This document shows, one piece after another, positions 8,846 through 17,904 of a stretch of DNA of 64,000 nucleotides (positions within the stretch are counted from its first letter, which is position 1; the number at the start of each line of letters is the position of its first letter). The DNA comes from Verrucomicrobiota bacterium (GTDB lineage: Bacteria > Verrucomicrobiota > Verrucomicrobiia > Limisphaerales > J093), in the NCBI GenBank assembly GCA_022710935.1, contig JAKLFY010000014.1, positions 31,041 to 95,040 of the forward strand. The letters run 5' to 3'. Both the position numbers and the translations under genes were made by a program. The notes below the pieces were generated by a model. That model was not told the DNA's origin and did no database searches. It worked only from the letters and a program-made list of their open reading frames with translations.

Positions 8846-11800
8846 GGATGGGGCGGTGCGTCCGGAGCGGGCGCGATGGCGGTTTGAGCTTTCGCCGTGA
8901 GGCTCTCGAGGTGGCGCACGAGGTCGGGCAGGGCATCGTAGCGGTCCAAGCGCACGCCGGCCGCGCCACCGCCCGGGTGCGCCTCGACGAACTCCGTCTC
9001 GGGCGCCAGGCCGAACCGCCGGTAGAACGCAAGGCGGATGAACTGCTTGACTTCCCGCACGTCCGCCTTCTCCCGGTCGACATGGACCTGGAAGAAATCG
9101 CCCTGTCCCGCGGCGTTGACGCGCACGGCGACGGCGTTTGCGCCGAACGCGCGTTTGAGCATGGCTTCGGCGAGGTCGATGAGCGCGAGCCCGCGAAAGA
9201 AGTTCGATCCTTCGAGCCTGTGGAACTGGGGCGGATCCGACGCCGCAAGCGCCGCATCGTCCAGTCCGCGGTTGAAATCGAAGGGCGTGGCGCCGAACCG
9301 GTCGAGCCAGAGATCGAGCAACGCGGGGCCGGCGGCGCCCGCTTCCCAGGGCAGTGAGGATTCCATCGCGTCGCGCGGCGGGAGGATTTGCGGAGCGATG
9401 TCGACGCACCGGTCGCCCCGTTGGGATGCGGTGACGCAGGCGATCCACTCGTCGGGGTGATGGATCAGGCGGAAGTTCTTGGCCGTCTCGCCGAAGAGAT
9501 ACGCCATCGTCGCCCGCAACGGCAGCCCCTCGTCCGCGACGATTTCGCCCGAGGCGGTCGTGCGGCGCAGCACGGGATCGCGCCATCCTGCGAGGAGCGA
9601 AGCCAGATGCGTCTGGAATCGGTCGCGTGCCGCGGGGGTGGGGACGCGCTCGACTCGGGCCAGTTCTTCGATGAACCAGGCGCGGCGTGTTTGGAGCTGC
9701 TCTTCGAGTTCCGTCTGTCGGATGTGCAGCGGGAGTTGAAGAAGAATCGAGGCGATCCAGCGCGCCCCATCCCGGCTCAGTGCGCCGTCCCGGACAAGCT
9801 CCTCCTGGACGAATTGGAAAAAGTCGCGGTCGAGAGGCAACCGCGTCCACAGGGCTGCGATTTCAGCGGCTTTGCCTGTCATCTTGCGCATTTCCTGCGC
9901 GGTGAGGCGGCCGGGGGCGGGGGCCTCGGCATAGGCGCCCCAGGCCCAGCGCCACGCCTCGCGGTCCCGGGCGACGCTCGATGGAAAGAGGATGTGGATG
10001 CGCTCGGTCGGCACGGGAAAGACGCCCAATGTGCGGTAATGATCGCGCGGATTGGACGAGATCAAGGTTCCCAAGCCGGCTTTGCCCGTCTGTTCGGTGG
10101 CCTGGTCGAGCGAGCCGGCCCTCACCCCGGTTCCGTACTCGGCCTGGCAGGCCAGACGGACCAGCGTCTCGGGAGCGAGGGCGAAGCCATAGAGCGCGTC
10201 GAGGGCGTTGAGTGTGGCCACCGTGAGGGCGGACGAACTCGAGAAACCTCCTTCCGGGATGCTGCCGGTCGAGGCGATGCGCAGACCCCGGAAGCCGGCT
10301 CGGCCCAGGCTGGCCTGAACCCGAGCGCCGGCCTCCTCGGTCCGCAGGGTGCGGAGGGAAGCGAGGGCGTTGGCGACAAGAGGCCAGGGGCGGCGCAGGT
10401 TGGCGCCGACCCACCGCGCGGCAGGCGGCACGGTCTGGCCGCGCGCGCGAAGCTGCTGCACTTCCCCATCGGTGAGATAGCCCTGCAATCGGAGCAGCGT
10501 CTCGCTCATGCGCGTCCCAAACGCCTCATAGGTGTTCGGATCGATCACATCCTGGCCCGGGTACATGGCATCGAGATCGGCCGCGACTGAATCGAGGCGT
10601 TCCCGATACCTCGATTCGATCGGATGGAGGCGAATGGACCCGTCGCTCGACCTCTGAACCAGCATGACGATCTGTTCCGAGCCCTCGGGGTGTCCGGCGC
10701 CCATGGGCATCTGCCACGCCGGCCCGAAGAACCGGGCCATGTCCGGATGCATGAAGGCAATGCGCAGCCGGCCGCCGGCGACTCCGATCGCCACCGGACG
10801 GTCCGGGGCGAACCCGAGATCTTCCCGGGCGGCGAAATCGAGAAGCGCCTCGAGTTGGCGCGCGATGGCGGCGGCCTGTGCGGGTGGGCGATCGGCGGTC
10901 AGCGCCCGCACTGCGTCTGGGCAACAGACCGACGCCGGGCGTGACGTGCGCCCGGCGCGATCGCCAAGGCGCACCGGCGCCGATTGTCCCGAGCCGGCGT
11001 TGAAACGTTCGACCTTCGCCAGCGCTTCCTCCAACCGTGCCAGGTCGGCAGGACGCGTCACATCCGCGCAGAGGACGTCGTACTCCGGTTCCGCGGGCGA
11101 TGCCGTGACGGTGCGGATGAGACCGCCGTCGCGGCTGATGGCCTCGACGATATCCGTGAGGTAGAACTGATGCTGGGCATTGGTGTTGGTCAGTCGCGAA
11201 AGGCAGCGATGGAAAGTGTCGGCCCGCGCGGCATACAGGGGGCAGTTCCCCTCGTCGAGACTGTCCAGGCGCCGCCGCGCCGCGGCGTCCGGGAGAGCGT
11301 CGATGTCGCGCTGTTCGACAATCCGTTGCACGCACCCGGTGCCGTCGCGCACAACCCGCCCCTTCCCGCGATTTCCCGGAGCCGTGTAGAGGGCGCTCAG
11401 AAACGTCAGGTCCGCCTCCCGCGGCGCGGCGCGGTGGGTTTCGACGAGCTTTCGGAAGACCGAGTCGGGCACGATGCGATCGCCCATCGTGATGACCAAC
11501 AGGGGATTGGACACCCTCAGTTCGGCGATGCTGAATGCCTCGAATGCCGCAAAAGCCGTCCCTCCCGTCGGGTTCTCGGAGCGCACATAGACAACGTCCT
11601 CGCCCAATGCGCGCGCGACGTCTTCATGCCGGTGCCCGACAAGACAGACGACCGAGGCCGGCCCGATTCGGCGGAAGGCCTCGATCGAGTGACGCGCCAG
11701 CGGCAGGCCGCGGACCGGTTGGATGCACTTGGGCTCGGTTCCGAACCGGGTGCCTTTGCCCGCCGCCAGGACGACAAGCACCGGGACATCCGCCGCGCAT

Positions 11801-12024
11801 GCGGCCAGGGCGTTCCTGAGAACGCTCGAGCAACCGCCACCCGCCGGTCGATTGTCGCCATCCGCGTCGATCCGTTGTTCGTCCGCGCATCGGGGACTCG
11901 CGCTTCCCGGCCAGCCCGACAGCGCCTGCGGGTTGAGCACTTTGTCCTGCGTCAGCCTCGCGGCCTGAGCAAGACAGAGGGCTGGGGGCGATGCTGGGGC
12001 CGGCTCCGGGCGCCTGGGCGTCAT
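8842..12024 (-). CDS. Bifunctional sugar-1-phosphate nucleotidylyltransferase / GHMP sugar kinase (Fkp-like architecture)
   Basis: N-terminal half: VLVVLAAGKGTRFG (NTP-transferase G-loop), VITMGDRIV, FYLTDIVE. C-terminal half: GHMP motif GSIPEGGFSSSSALTVATLNAL. Start is uncertain: the ATG at 12024 has a GGAGG 4 nt upstream, and the alternative is the ATG at 12051. The track ORF start at 12261 runs through the heptamer repeat and is rejected. Confidence 0.7.
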   Translation of the reverse strand: MTPRRPEPAPASPPALCLAQAARLTQDKVLNPQALSGWPGSASPRCADEQRIDADGDNRPAGGGCSSVLRNALAACAADVPVLVVLAAGKGTRFGTEPKCIQPVRGLPLARHSIEAFRRIGPASVVCLVGHRHEDVARALGEDVVYVRSENPTGGTAFAAFEAFSIAELRVSNPLLVITMGDRIVPDSVFRKLVETHRAAPREADLTFLSALYTAPGNRGKGRVVRDGTGCVQRIVEQRDIDALPDAAARRRLDSLDEGNCPLYAARADTFHRCLSRLTNTNAQHQFYLTDIVEAISRDGGLIRTVTASPAEPEYDVLCADVTRPADLARLEEALAKVERFNAGSGQSAPVRLGDRAGRTSRPASVCCPDAVRALTADRPPAQAAAIARQLEALLDFAAREDLGFAPDRPVAIGVAGGRLRIAFMHPDMARFFGPAWQMPMGAGHPEGSEQIVMLVQRSSDGSIRLHPIESRYRERLDSVAADLDAMYPGQDVIDPNTYEAFGTRMSETLLRLQGYLTDGEVQQLRARGQTVPPAARWVGANLRRPWPLVANALASLRTLRTEEAGARVQASLGRAGFRGLRIASTGSIPEGGFSSSSALTVATLNALDALYGFALAPETLVRLACQAEYGTGVRAGSLDQATEQTGKAGLGTLISSNPRDHYRTLGVFPVPTERIHILFPSSVARDREAWRWAWGAYAEAPAPGRLTAQEMRKMTGKAAEIAALWTRLPLDRDFFQFVQEELVRDGALSRDGARWIASILLQLPLHIRQTELEEQLQTRRAWFIEELARVERVPTPAARDRFQTHLASLLAGWRDPVLRRTTASGEIVADEGLPLRATMAYLFGETAKNFRLIHHPDEWIACVTASQRGDRCVDIAPQILPPRDAMESSLPWEAGAAGPALLDLWLDRFGATPFDFNRGLDDAALAASDPPQFHRLEGSNFFRGLALIDLAEAMLKRAFGANAVAVRVNAAGQGDFFQVHVDREKADVREVKQFIRLAFYRRFGLAPETEFVEAHPGGGAAGVRLDRYDALPDLVRHLESLTAKAQTAIAPAPDAPPHP

Positions 12025-12157
12025 GCGGCCTCCAGGGGAATGCAGATCCATTCGCGGTTTTGCTTTCCAGCTCGCGTTGGCGCACGTCTTGGAGTTTCCG
12101 GCTTCGCCGTGGTCACAACTCCATGAAACATGCGGGTTAGCCGTCGTCAAGAGCGGG

Positions 12158-12199
12158 GGAAGATGGAAGATGGGAGATCGGAGATGGGAGATGGGAGAT
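12158..12199. repeat. Six tandem copies of a 7-bp unit (GGAAGAT GGAAGAT GGGAGAT CGGAGAT GGGAGAT GGGAGAT)
   Basis: Read directly. Lies in the divergent region between the Fkp-like operon (-) and nuoB (+), 107 nt upstream of ATG 12051. Confidence 0.9.
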
Positions 12200-12278
12200 G
12201 GCTGCGGTGCATCTGATTGTTGTCGGTGTTCTGTGGCCCCGCGAGGGCACCGGGCCTGCAACGAATGGAGACTCCCGC

Positions 12279-12396
12279 TGTAGGCCGCGTGCTCCCACGC
12301 GGCGTAAGGACAGACATCGGTGCGGGCGCCGGGTCAGGGGACCCGGCCTACAAGGGACAGACACCGATGTTGTAGGCCGCGTGCCCCCACGCGGCG
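12279..12396. repeat. REP-like cluster of three GC-rich hairpins of one family, in alternating orientation
   Basis: Copy 1: TGTAGGCCGCGTGCTCCCACGCGGCG (12279-12304). Copy 2, inverted: CGCCGGGTCAGGGGACCCGGCCTACA (12325-12350). Copy 3: TGTAGGCCGCGTGCCCCCACGCGGCG (12371-12396). The first two copies are each followed by a (A)GGACAGACAYCGRTG spacer. Stems are 8 bp with 4-nt loops. Confidence 0.85.
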
Positions 12397-12523
12397 CAAA
12401 CTCGATTCCCACCGACAACCTCCAGGTGCACTGAGATGCTGGGGCGGCCGCGTTTCCATCTTGCGACTCGTGGATGCGGAGTCTAGCGTCCGTGAGCCGT
12501 GCGGCGGGGATCCGCCGATTTGA

Positions 12524-13033
12524 ATGAAAGGGAAGCGCGAGCTGAGCTATGACTCGAAGATCGAGGGCGACGTCGTCGTGACGCGACTCGAAGCCGCGAT
12601 CAATTGGTTTCGGAAGCACTCGATCTGGCCGATGCCGATGGGCCTGGCCTGTTGCGCGATCGAGTTGATGGGGGCTGGGGCCAGCCGCTATGACCTGGCC
12701 CGGTTCGGGATGGAAGTGATGCGCTTTTCGCCCCGGCAATCGGATGTGATGATTGTGGCGGGGACGGTAACGTACAAGATGGCGCTGGTGGTGAAAAGGT
12801 TGTACGAACAGATGACCGAACCCAAGTGGGTGATCGCCATGGGCGCCTGCGCCTCGACCGGGGGCATGTACCGCAGTTACTCGGTCTTGCAGGGCGTGGA
12901 TCGCATCCTGCCGGTTGACTTCTACGTGGCCGGCTGTCCGCCTCGTCCGGAGGCGCTCCTCGAAGCCTTGATGAAACTCCAGGACAAGGTCTCGAACGAA
13001 CGGGTGCTGGCCACTCTGAAACAAGCGGGCTGA
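12524..13033 (+). CDS. nuoB: NADH-quinone oxidoreductase subunit B
   Basis: [27 protein letters not shown] and [12 protein letters not shown] (the N2 [4Fe-4S] cysteine motifs). 169 aa. Confidence 0.95.
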   Translation: MKGKRELSYDSKIEGDVVVTRLEAAINWFRKHSIWPMPMGLACCAIELMGAGASRYDLARFGMEVMRFSPRQSDVMIVAGTVTYKMALVVKRLYEQMTEPKWVIAMGACASTGGMYRSYSVLQGVDRILPVDFYVAGCPPRPEALLEALMKLQDKVSNERVLATLKQAG

Positions 13034-13069
13034 AGCCGAAGCCGCGCGTATTGCCATCTTCATCAGAGC

Positions 13070-13648
13070 ATGACTCCCCGCGACCTCGCCAGCCAGTTGC
13101 AGGCCCATTGTGGGGATCTGGTGGGAAGCCTTGTCGAGTTTCGGGGCGAGGCCACATTGACCGTCCGTGAGGCCCGACGAATTCCCGAGGTGTGCGAGTA
13201 TGCCCGGACTGCGCTGGATTGCGATCTTCTCCTGGACATCAGCAGCATCGACAATTACGGCGAGGACCCGCGCTGGACGATCGTGTACGAACTCTACAGC
13301 CTCAAACACCGGGCGCATCTCCGCCTCAAGACCGGCGTGTCCGAGGAGCAATCCGAGTTGCCGACGCTGACGCGCGTCTGGCCGGCGGCCAACTGGCATG
13401 AGCGGGAAATCTACGACATGATGGGGATCCGGTTCTCCGGGCATCCGGATCTGCGCCGCATTCTGATGTGGGAAGGCTATCCTCACTTTCCCCTGCGCAA
13501 GGACTTTCCCCTGGCTGGGCGGACGACGGATTTGCCGGAGGTTGCGTTCACCGAACCGGCCCCGATGGAGGGCGGTCCGTTCGTGACGGCCCCGGGGCAG
13601 GCGGGTGCGGCGGAGCGCGAGCCGCGGGCCAGGACGAACCATCCATGA
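13070..13648 (+). CDS. nuoC: NADH-quinone oxidoreductase subunit C
   Basis: VWPAANWHEREIYDMMGIRFSGHPDLRRILM, a typical 30-kDa subunit signature. 192 aa. Confidence 0.9.
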   Translation: MTPRDLASQLQAHCGDLVGSLVEFRGEATLTVREARRIPEVCEYARTALDCDLLLDISSIDNYGEDPRWTIVYELYSLKHRAHLRLKTGVSEEQSELPTLTRVWPAANWHEREIYDMMGIRFSGHPDLRRILMWEGYPHFPLRKDFPLAGRTTDLPEVAFTEPAPMEGGPFVTAPGQAGAAEREPRARTNHP

Positions 13649-14925
13649 GCGGGACGGGGCACACGACTGAGTTTGGCGACGCGGGCGCCGGAGCCGAGGC
13701 GATGCCCCTGACGCCGGCGGTGGCGCCCGAGAGCGAGGATCTGCGCGACGTTCGAGGAGACACGATGGTCCTCAACATGGGGCCGTCGCATCCGTCCACG
13801 CACGGCGTCCTGCGGCTGGTGCTCGAGATCGATGGCGAGATGATCACGAAGGCGGCGCCTGAGATCGGTTATTTGCATCGCGGCGACGAGAAGATCGCTG
13901 AGAGCATGACCTACACCCAGTTCATCCCTTACACGGATCGGCTGGATTATCTCGCCCCGCTGGCCAACAACGTGGCCTACGCGCTGGCGGTCGAGAAGTT
14001 GCTGGGCATTGACCGGCAACTGCCTCTGCGCTGCCAGTACATCCGGGTGCTCTGCTGCGAGTTGGCGCGCATTTCCGCCCACCTGCTCGGTCTTGGCAGC
14101 TTTGCGATGGATCTGGGGGCGATGACGGTTTTTCTGCACACGTACACCGAGCGGGAGAAGATCTACAATTTGTGCGAGTCGCTGACCGGCGCGCGGTTCA
14201 CCACCAGCTATACGCGCATCGGCGGGCTGGCGCGCGATCTGCCCGCCGGTTGGACCGATCAGTGCCGTCAGTTCCTGCGCGAGCTGCCGGCCGCCATCCG
14301 GGACGTCGACCGATTGCTCACCCGCAACCGGATCTGGATCGATCGCACCAAGGACGTCGGGGTCATCTCCCGCAACGAGGCCATCGGGTACGGTCTGACG
14401 GGGCCGAACCTGCGCGGCAGCGGCGTCGAGCACGACCTGCGCAGGGGACACCCCTACCTCGTCTACGACAGGCTCACGTTCGATGTGCCGACTGGCTCGG
14501 TGGGGGACTGCTACGATCGGTACCTGGTGCGGATGGAGGAGATGCGGCAGAGCGCGCGGATTGCCCAACAATGCCTCGACCAGATGCCGGGCGGGCCGGT
14601 GAACGTCCAAGACGGCAAGGTCGTGCTGCCGCCCAAGGAGAAGGTCCTGACCCGGATGGAGGAGTTGATCCATCAGTTCATCCTGGTGACCCAGGGGGTG
14701 AATGCGCCGCCAGGTGAGATCTATTTCGGCGCGGAGAATCCGAAGGGGGAGTTGGGTTTCTATATCCACAGCCGGGGAGGCGGAACGCCGTACCGGCTCA
14801 AGATCCGATCCCCCTCCTTTGTCAGCCTGAGCATTCTGCCGCGCCTCCTTCCCGGCCATATGATCAGCGATGTCCCCGCGATTCTCGGGTCGCTCGATTT
14901 TGTCATGGGAGAATGCGATCGTTAG
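13645..14925 (+). CDS. nuoD: NADH-quinone oxidoreductase subunit D
   Basis: The ATG at 13645 overlaps the nuoC stop (ATGA). MVLNMGPSHPSTHGVLRLVLEIDGE, YLHRGDEKI and C-terminal LGSLDFVMGECDR. No NiFe-type Cys pairs are present. Confidence 0.95.
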   Translation: MSGTGHTTEFGDAGAGAEAMPLTPAVAPESEDLRDVRGDTMVLNMGPSHPSTHGVLRLVLEIDGEMITKAAPEIGYLHRGDEKIAESMTYTQFIPYTDRLDYLAPLANNVAYALAVEKLLGIDRQLPLRCQYIRVLCCELARISAHLLGLGSFAMDLGAMTVFLHTYTEREKIYNLCESLTGARFTTSYTRIGGLARDLPAGWTDQCRQFLRELPAAIRDVDRLLTRNRIWIDRTKDVGVISRNEAIGYGLTGPNLRGSGVEHDLRRGHPYLVYDRLTFDVPTGSVGDCYDRYLVRMEEMRQSARIAQQCLDQMPGGPVNVQDGKVVLPPKEKVLTRMEELIHQFILVTQGVNAPPGEIYFGAENPKGELGFYIHSRGGGTPYRLKIRSPSFVSLSILPRLLPGHMISDVPAILGSLDFVMGECDR

Positions 14926-14927
14926 CG

Positions 14928-15416
14928 ATGAATCTCACGCTTCCCGACACGCTCGTGGCCGAGATCGACCGGTTGGTGGCGCGTTACCCCCAGCCGCGCA
15001 GCGCCAGCGTCATGGTGTTGCATGCCCTCCAGGATCATCTTGGCTACCTTCCGCCGGACGCCATCGAATGGACAGCCGCGCGTCTGAATCTGCAGCCGAT
15101 CAACGTGCTCGAATTGGTCACGTTTTACCCGATGTTCCGGCGGGCGCCGATCGGGAGATTTCATCTCAAGATCTGCCGGACGCTGAGCTGCGCCCTGTGC
15201 GGTTCGCACGAGTTGCACCGGCACCTGTGCGGAAAGCTGGGGTTGGATCCGCATGCCCACGGGCCGCAGACGACCGCCGACGGACGATTCACAGTCGAAT
15301 TCGTCGAGTGCCTTGCGAGCTGCGGGACCGCGCCGGTGATGATGTGCAACGACAGGTTCTTCGAGAAGGTGACGCCTGAACAGGCGGACCAGATCATCGC
15401 CAAGACGCAGTCTTGA
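14928..15416 (+). CDS. nuoE: NADH-quinone oxidoreductase subunit E (24-kDa, [2Fe-2S])
   Basis: ATG 2 nt after the nuoD TAG. YPQPRSASVMVLHALQ. Cys ligands in ICRTLSCALCG and ECLASCGTAPVMM. Confidence 0.9.
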   Translation: MNLTLPDTLVAEIDRLVARYPQPRSASVMVLHALQDHLGYLPPDAIEWTAARLNLQPINVLELVTFYPMFRRAPIGRFHLKICRTLSCALCGSHELHRHLCGKLGLDPHAHGPQTTADGRFTVEFVECLASCGTAPVMMCNDRFFEKVTPEQADQIIAKTQS

Positions 15417-15483
15417 CACCGCCCCGATGCCGGTCCGCGCGGCTTCTCGTGGAAGACACCCGATCGAGAGGCCGGGCTTCAGA

Positions 15484-17904
15484 TCACCGTTCAGGGCGCC
15501 GTTTGAGGTTATTGTCGAGGAACTGGAACGTGCCGACGCCGTGGATGGTGTGGGGTCCGTTGAAGAAGTCGATGGCGGTGCGGTCGGCGATATCGAGGCG
15601 GACGTAAAGATAGCGCACTTTGGCGTATTCGTAGGCGACCCAAGAGTCGGGGGCCACGCCGTCGAAGTGGCCGCGTTCAACCATGAACGGGCGGGGGGCG
15701 ATGAGGGCAGCCATTTCGGCGTAGTTGAACGTGTTACCAAGGTTGAACTCCGGCATTTCGTATTCGCCGGTGTAAAGGTAGGAATAGGTCGAGTCGGTGG
15801 TGACGTTCTTCCGGATCCAATCGTTGAAATCAGCCGAGCAGATCGAGAGGGCGTACCGGTTGAGCACGGCGGGGACGCGCATGGCGGTCTTGCCGCCGTA
15901 ACTCAGGCCGTAGAAGCCGATGCGCTGGGGATCGACAAACGTCTGGTCGGTGAGCCAGTCGAGGATGCGGTCATGCTGGCCGATGATGACGGAAAAGAGA
16001 CTCAGCTTGAGGGGATTGGCTTTGCGCTGGAGCACGCGGAAACGGTCGCTGCCGCGATACGGATTGTGCGGCGCAAAGACGATGAAGCCGCGGTCGGCCA
16101 ACCGCGCGGCAAATGACTTGTAGGCCGGATAACCGGGTTCGGTGGGACCGCTCAAGGTGTCGGCGGGCAGCCCTTCGAGTCCGTGCTGGCAGACGACGAC
16201 GGGGCGGCGTTCGGCGGGTTGGAGGTTGTCTGGGAGCAGGAGATAGCCCCAGGCGAAAACTTCGGGCCAGACATCGAGGGTGACCTCGTAGACGGCAAAA
16301 TTGGGGCGAGCTTCGACCAGCCGGGAGCGGGGATTGATGCCCGCGGTGGCCATGGGGAGTTGGCCGATGATTTCCTGGTGAAAGTGTTTGCGGAAGGGTT
16401 CGCAGGCCTTGGCCCAGTCGTTGGTGGGGTTGGCCTTGAGTTGGCTCCAGAAAAACTCGTCCCGGACCTGATCGGAAACGCGCAGCAGTCGCTGGGTGTG
16501 ATCCACCAGGTCGGTGAGTTGACGGCGTTGCTGTTCATCGGCGTCGGTCGCCGGGCGCTGGGTCGCGGCCGGCGGAGCGGATGCCGAGAGCGTGGGGCGA
16601 TCTGCGCCGAGGGATTGAAGCAGCGCCCGCAGGGAGACATCGCAACCGGGGAGCACCGTCATGCCCTCGTTGCCATGGACCAGAAGCGGATCAAAGGGGA
16701 AGGACTCGGGAAAGAGGGCGCGGGCGCGGGCGAGTTCCGCCCGCACGTCGATGCACTCGGGGGTCTCGAGCCGTCCGGGGGCGGCACCGGAGCGGCCTTC
16801 GCTCGGGGCGGGCGGACCCTGAACGTTGGGGACTTGGGAATACTCGACGATGAGCTGCCGCGGGGCGATGAGGGTGGCAATCTCGGCGTCGCCGAACTCC
16901 CGGAGCAGGCCGAACACATTGCGGTAGATCGGTTCCTCCCAGAGGTTTTCGCGGGGGCCGAAGTAGCCGCTGACGAGCGTGCTGGCGAGGCGGGGATCGA
17001 GGGCGGCGGCGTAGAAGGCGAGCAGGCCGCCTTCGCCATACCCGGCGATGCCGGCTTCGAGGGGCGATTGGCCGGGGAGCGCATCGAGGTGTTCGAACCA
17101 ATCGACGAGGGCGAGGATTTTTTGAATTTCGTAGCCGATGATATGGCGGCCCATTTCGTAGGCTTGACGGTAGATCCACTCGCGGTGCGGTTGGTTGGTG
17201 AACCGGTTGAGCATGGGGTTGCCGGACCAATGATCGTCGCGGTTGATCAGCACGGGCACGACCACCAGACAACCGTTCTCCGCAAGGCGCCGGGCGAATT
17301 GCGCCTCCGGCGGCACGCCGGGCTTGAGTCCCACGAGCATCTCGGGGGTTTGATCGGCGTCGGGCACCGCCACCACGCGAGCGATCGGGGCGGTTTTGGG
17401 TTGCAGCAACAGGCCCTCCCCATAGACGTGATCGAACACGAGCCAGCGGACGGCATGGACGGTGTAACTCTCCGCCGCGGCGACGGTGGAATCGTGGTCG
17501 GTGGTGTGTTGAAACTCGAGCCCGGTGACGACGTGACGCAGGTCGACGGCGCCCAGTTGCCGGCGGAGGCGTTCGCGGTTGGGTTCGACGGATTTGGCAT
17601 AGCCGGCGGGCGATGTGAAATCCCGTTTCCAGAACCGGGCGCGTTCCGTCACCGACTCCTGGGTGGCTTTGGTGAAGAACCGGTCGATGCCTTCGACCAT
17701 GCGGGCGGAGCTATCGCCCGGCCAGTCGAACGGGGCGGTCCGCGGCAAGTTGGCGGGCGGTGACTGGGCCAGCAGGTCGAGGCCGGTCATGGCCAGGTTG
17801 AGCCAGACCGGGAGCAGTTGGCGGGCAAGGGGACGCTTGGCGGGTCGGGCGGGGAGAAGGGGGCGCGGCATAAAGATGGGCGATGGGTTAGCGTATCTTG
17901 GCAT
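15484..17904 (-). CDS. Tandem alpha/beta-hydrolase protein (dienelactone-hydrolase / acetyl-xylan-esterase-like), probably exported
   Basis: 806 aa. The first lobe has IAGYGEGGLLAFYAA, a degenerate nucleophile elbow with no Ser. The second lobe has IGFYGLSYGGKTAM (GxSxG) and a late ERGHFDG His. The N-terminus is signal-like (LLPVWLNLAMTGLDLLAQ). The alternative start at 17871 cannot be excluded. Confidence 0.65.
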   Translation of the reverse strand: MPRYANPSPIFMPRPLLPARPAKRPLARQLLPVWLNLAMTGLDLLAQSPPANLPRTAPFDWPGDSSARMVEGIDRFFTKATQESVTERARFWKRDFTSPAGYAKSVEPNRERLRRQLGAVDLRHVVTGLEFQHTTDHDSTVAAAESYTVHAVRWLVFDHVYGEGLLLQPKTAPIARVVAVPDADQTPEMLVGLKPGVPPEAQFARRLAENGCLVVVPVLINRDDHWSGNPMLNRFTNQPHREWIYRQAYEMGRHIIGYEIQKILALVDWFEHLDALPGQSPLEAGIAGYGEGGLLAFYAAALDPRLASTLVSGYFGPRENLWEEPIYRNVFGLLREFGDAEIATLIAPRQLIVEYSQVPNVQGPPAPSEGRSGAAPGRLETPECIDVRAELARARALFPESFPFDPLLVHGNEGMTVLPGCDVSLRALLQSLGADRPTLSASAPPAATQRPATDADEQQRRQLTDLVDHTQRLLRVSDQVRDEFFWSQLKANPTNDWAKACEPFRKHFHQEIIGQLPMATAGINPRSRLVEARPNFAVYEVTLDVWPEVFAWGYLLLPDNLQPAERRPVVVCQHGLEGLPADTLSGPTEPGYPAYKSFAARLADRGFIVFAPHNPYRGSDRFRVLQRKANPLKLSLFSVIIGQHDRILDWLTDQTFVDPQRIGFYGLSYGGKTAMRVPAVLNRYALSICSADFNDWIRKNVTTDSTYSYLYTGEYEMPEFNLGNTFNYAEMAALIAPRPFMVERGHFDGVAPDSWVAYEYAKVRYLYVRLDIADRTAIDFFNGPHTIHGVGTFQFLDNNLKRRPER

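Noticed and set aside
8846-9850. N-terminal 335-codon extension of the HycI-like ORF (track ORF 8342..9850)
   Set aside because: The extension is Arg/Pro-rich noise. It overlaps, out of frame, the motif-supported C-terminal (GHMP kinase) half of the Fkp-like gene. The family-typical N-terminus MILLIGYGNE starts at 8845.
12025-12261. Upstream extension of the Fkp-like ORF through the heptamer repeat (translating to SPISHLRSPIFHLP)
   Set aside because: This is translation of a non-triplet tandem repeat, with weaker third-position GC bias. The nearest ATGs with any support are 12051 and 12024. The exact start remains uncertain.
12158-12396. Possible CRISPR array (short repeats upstream of nuoB)
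   Set aside because: The units are 7 bp with no spacers, or 26-nt hairpins in alternating orientation with near-identical spacers. There are no unique spacers, no regular 28-37-nt repeat length and no cas genes.
13645-14925. NuoD as a cryptic [NiFe]-hydrogenase large subunit that would explain the nearby maturation protease
   Set aside because: The N-terminal site reads GPSHPSTHG, not RxCGxCxxxH. The C-terminus ends GECDR, with no DPCxxCxxH/R motif and no cleavable extension. This is a canonical complex I subunit.
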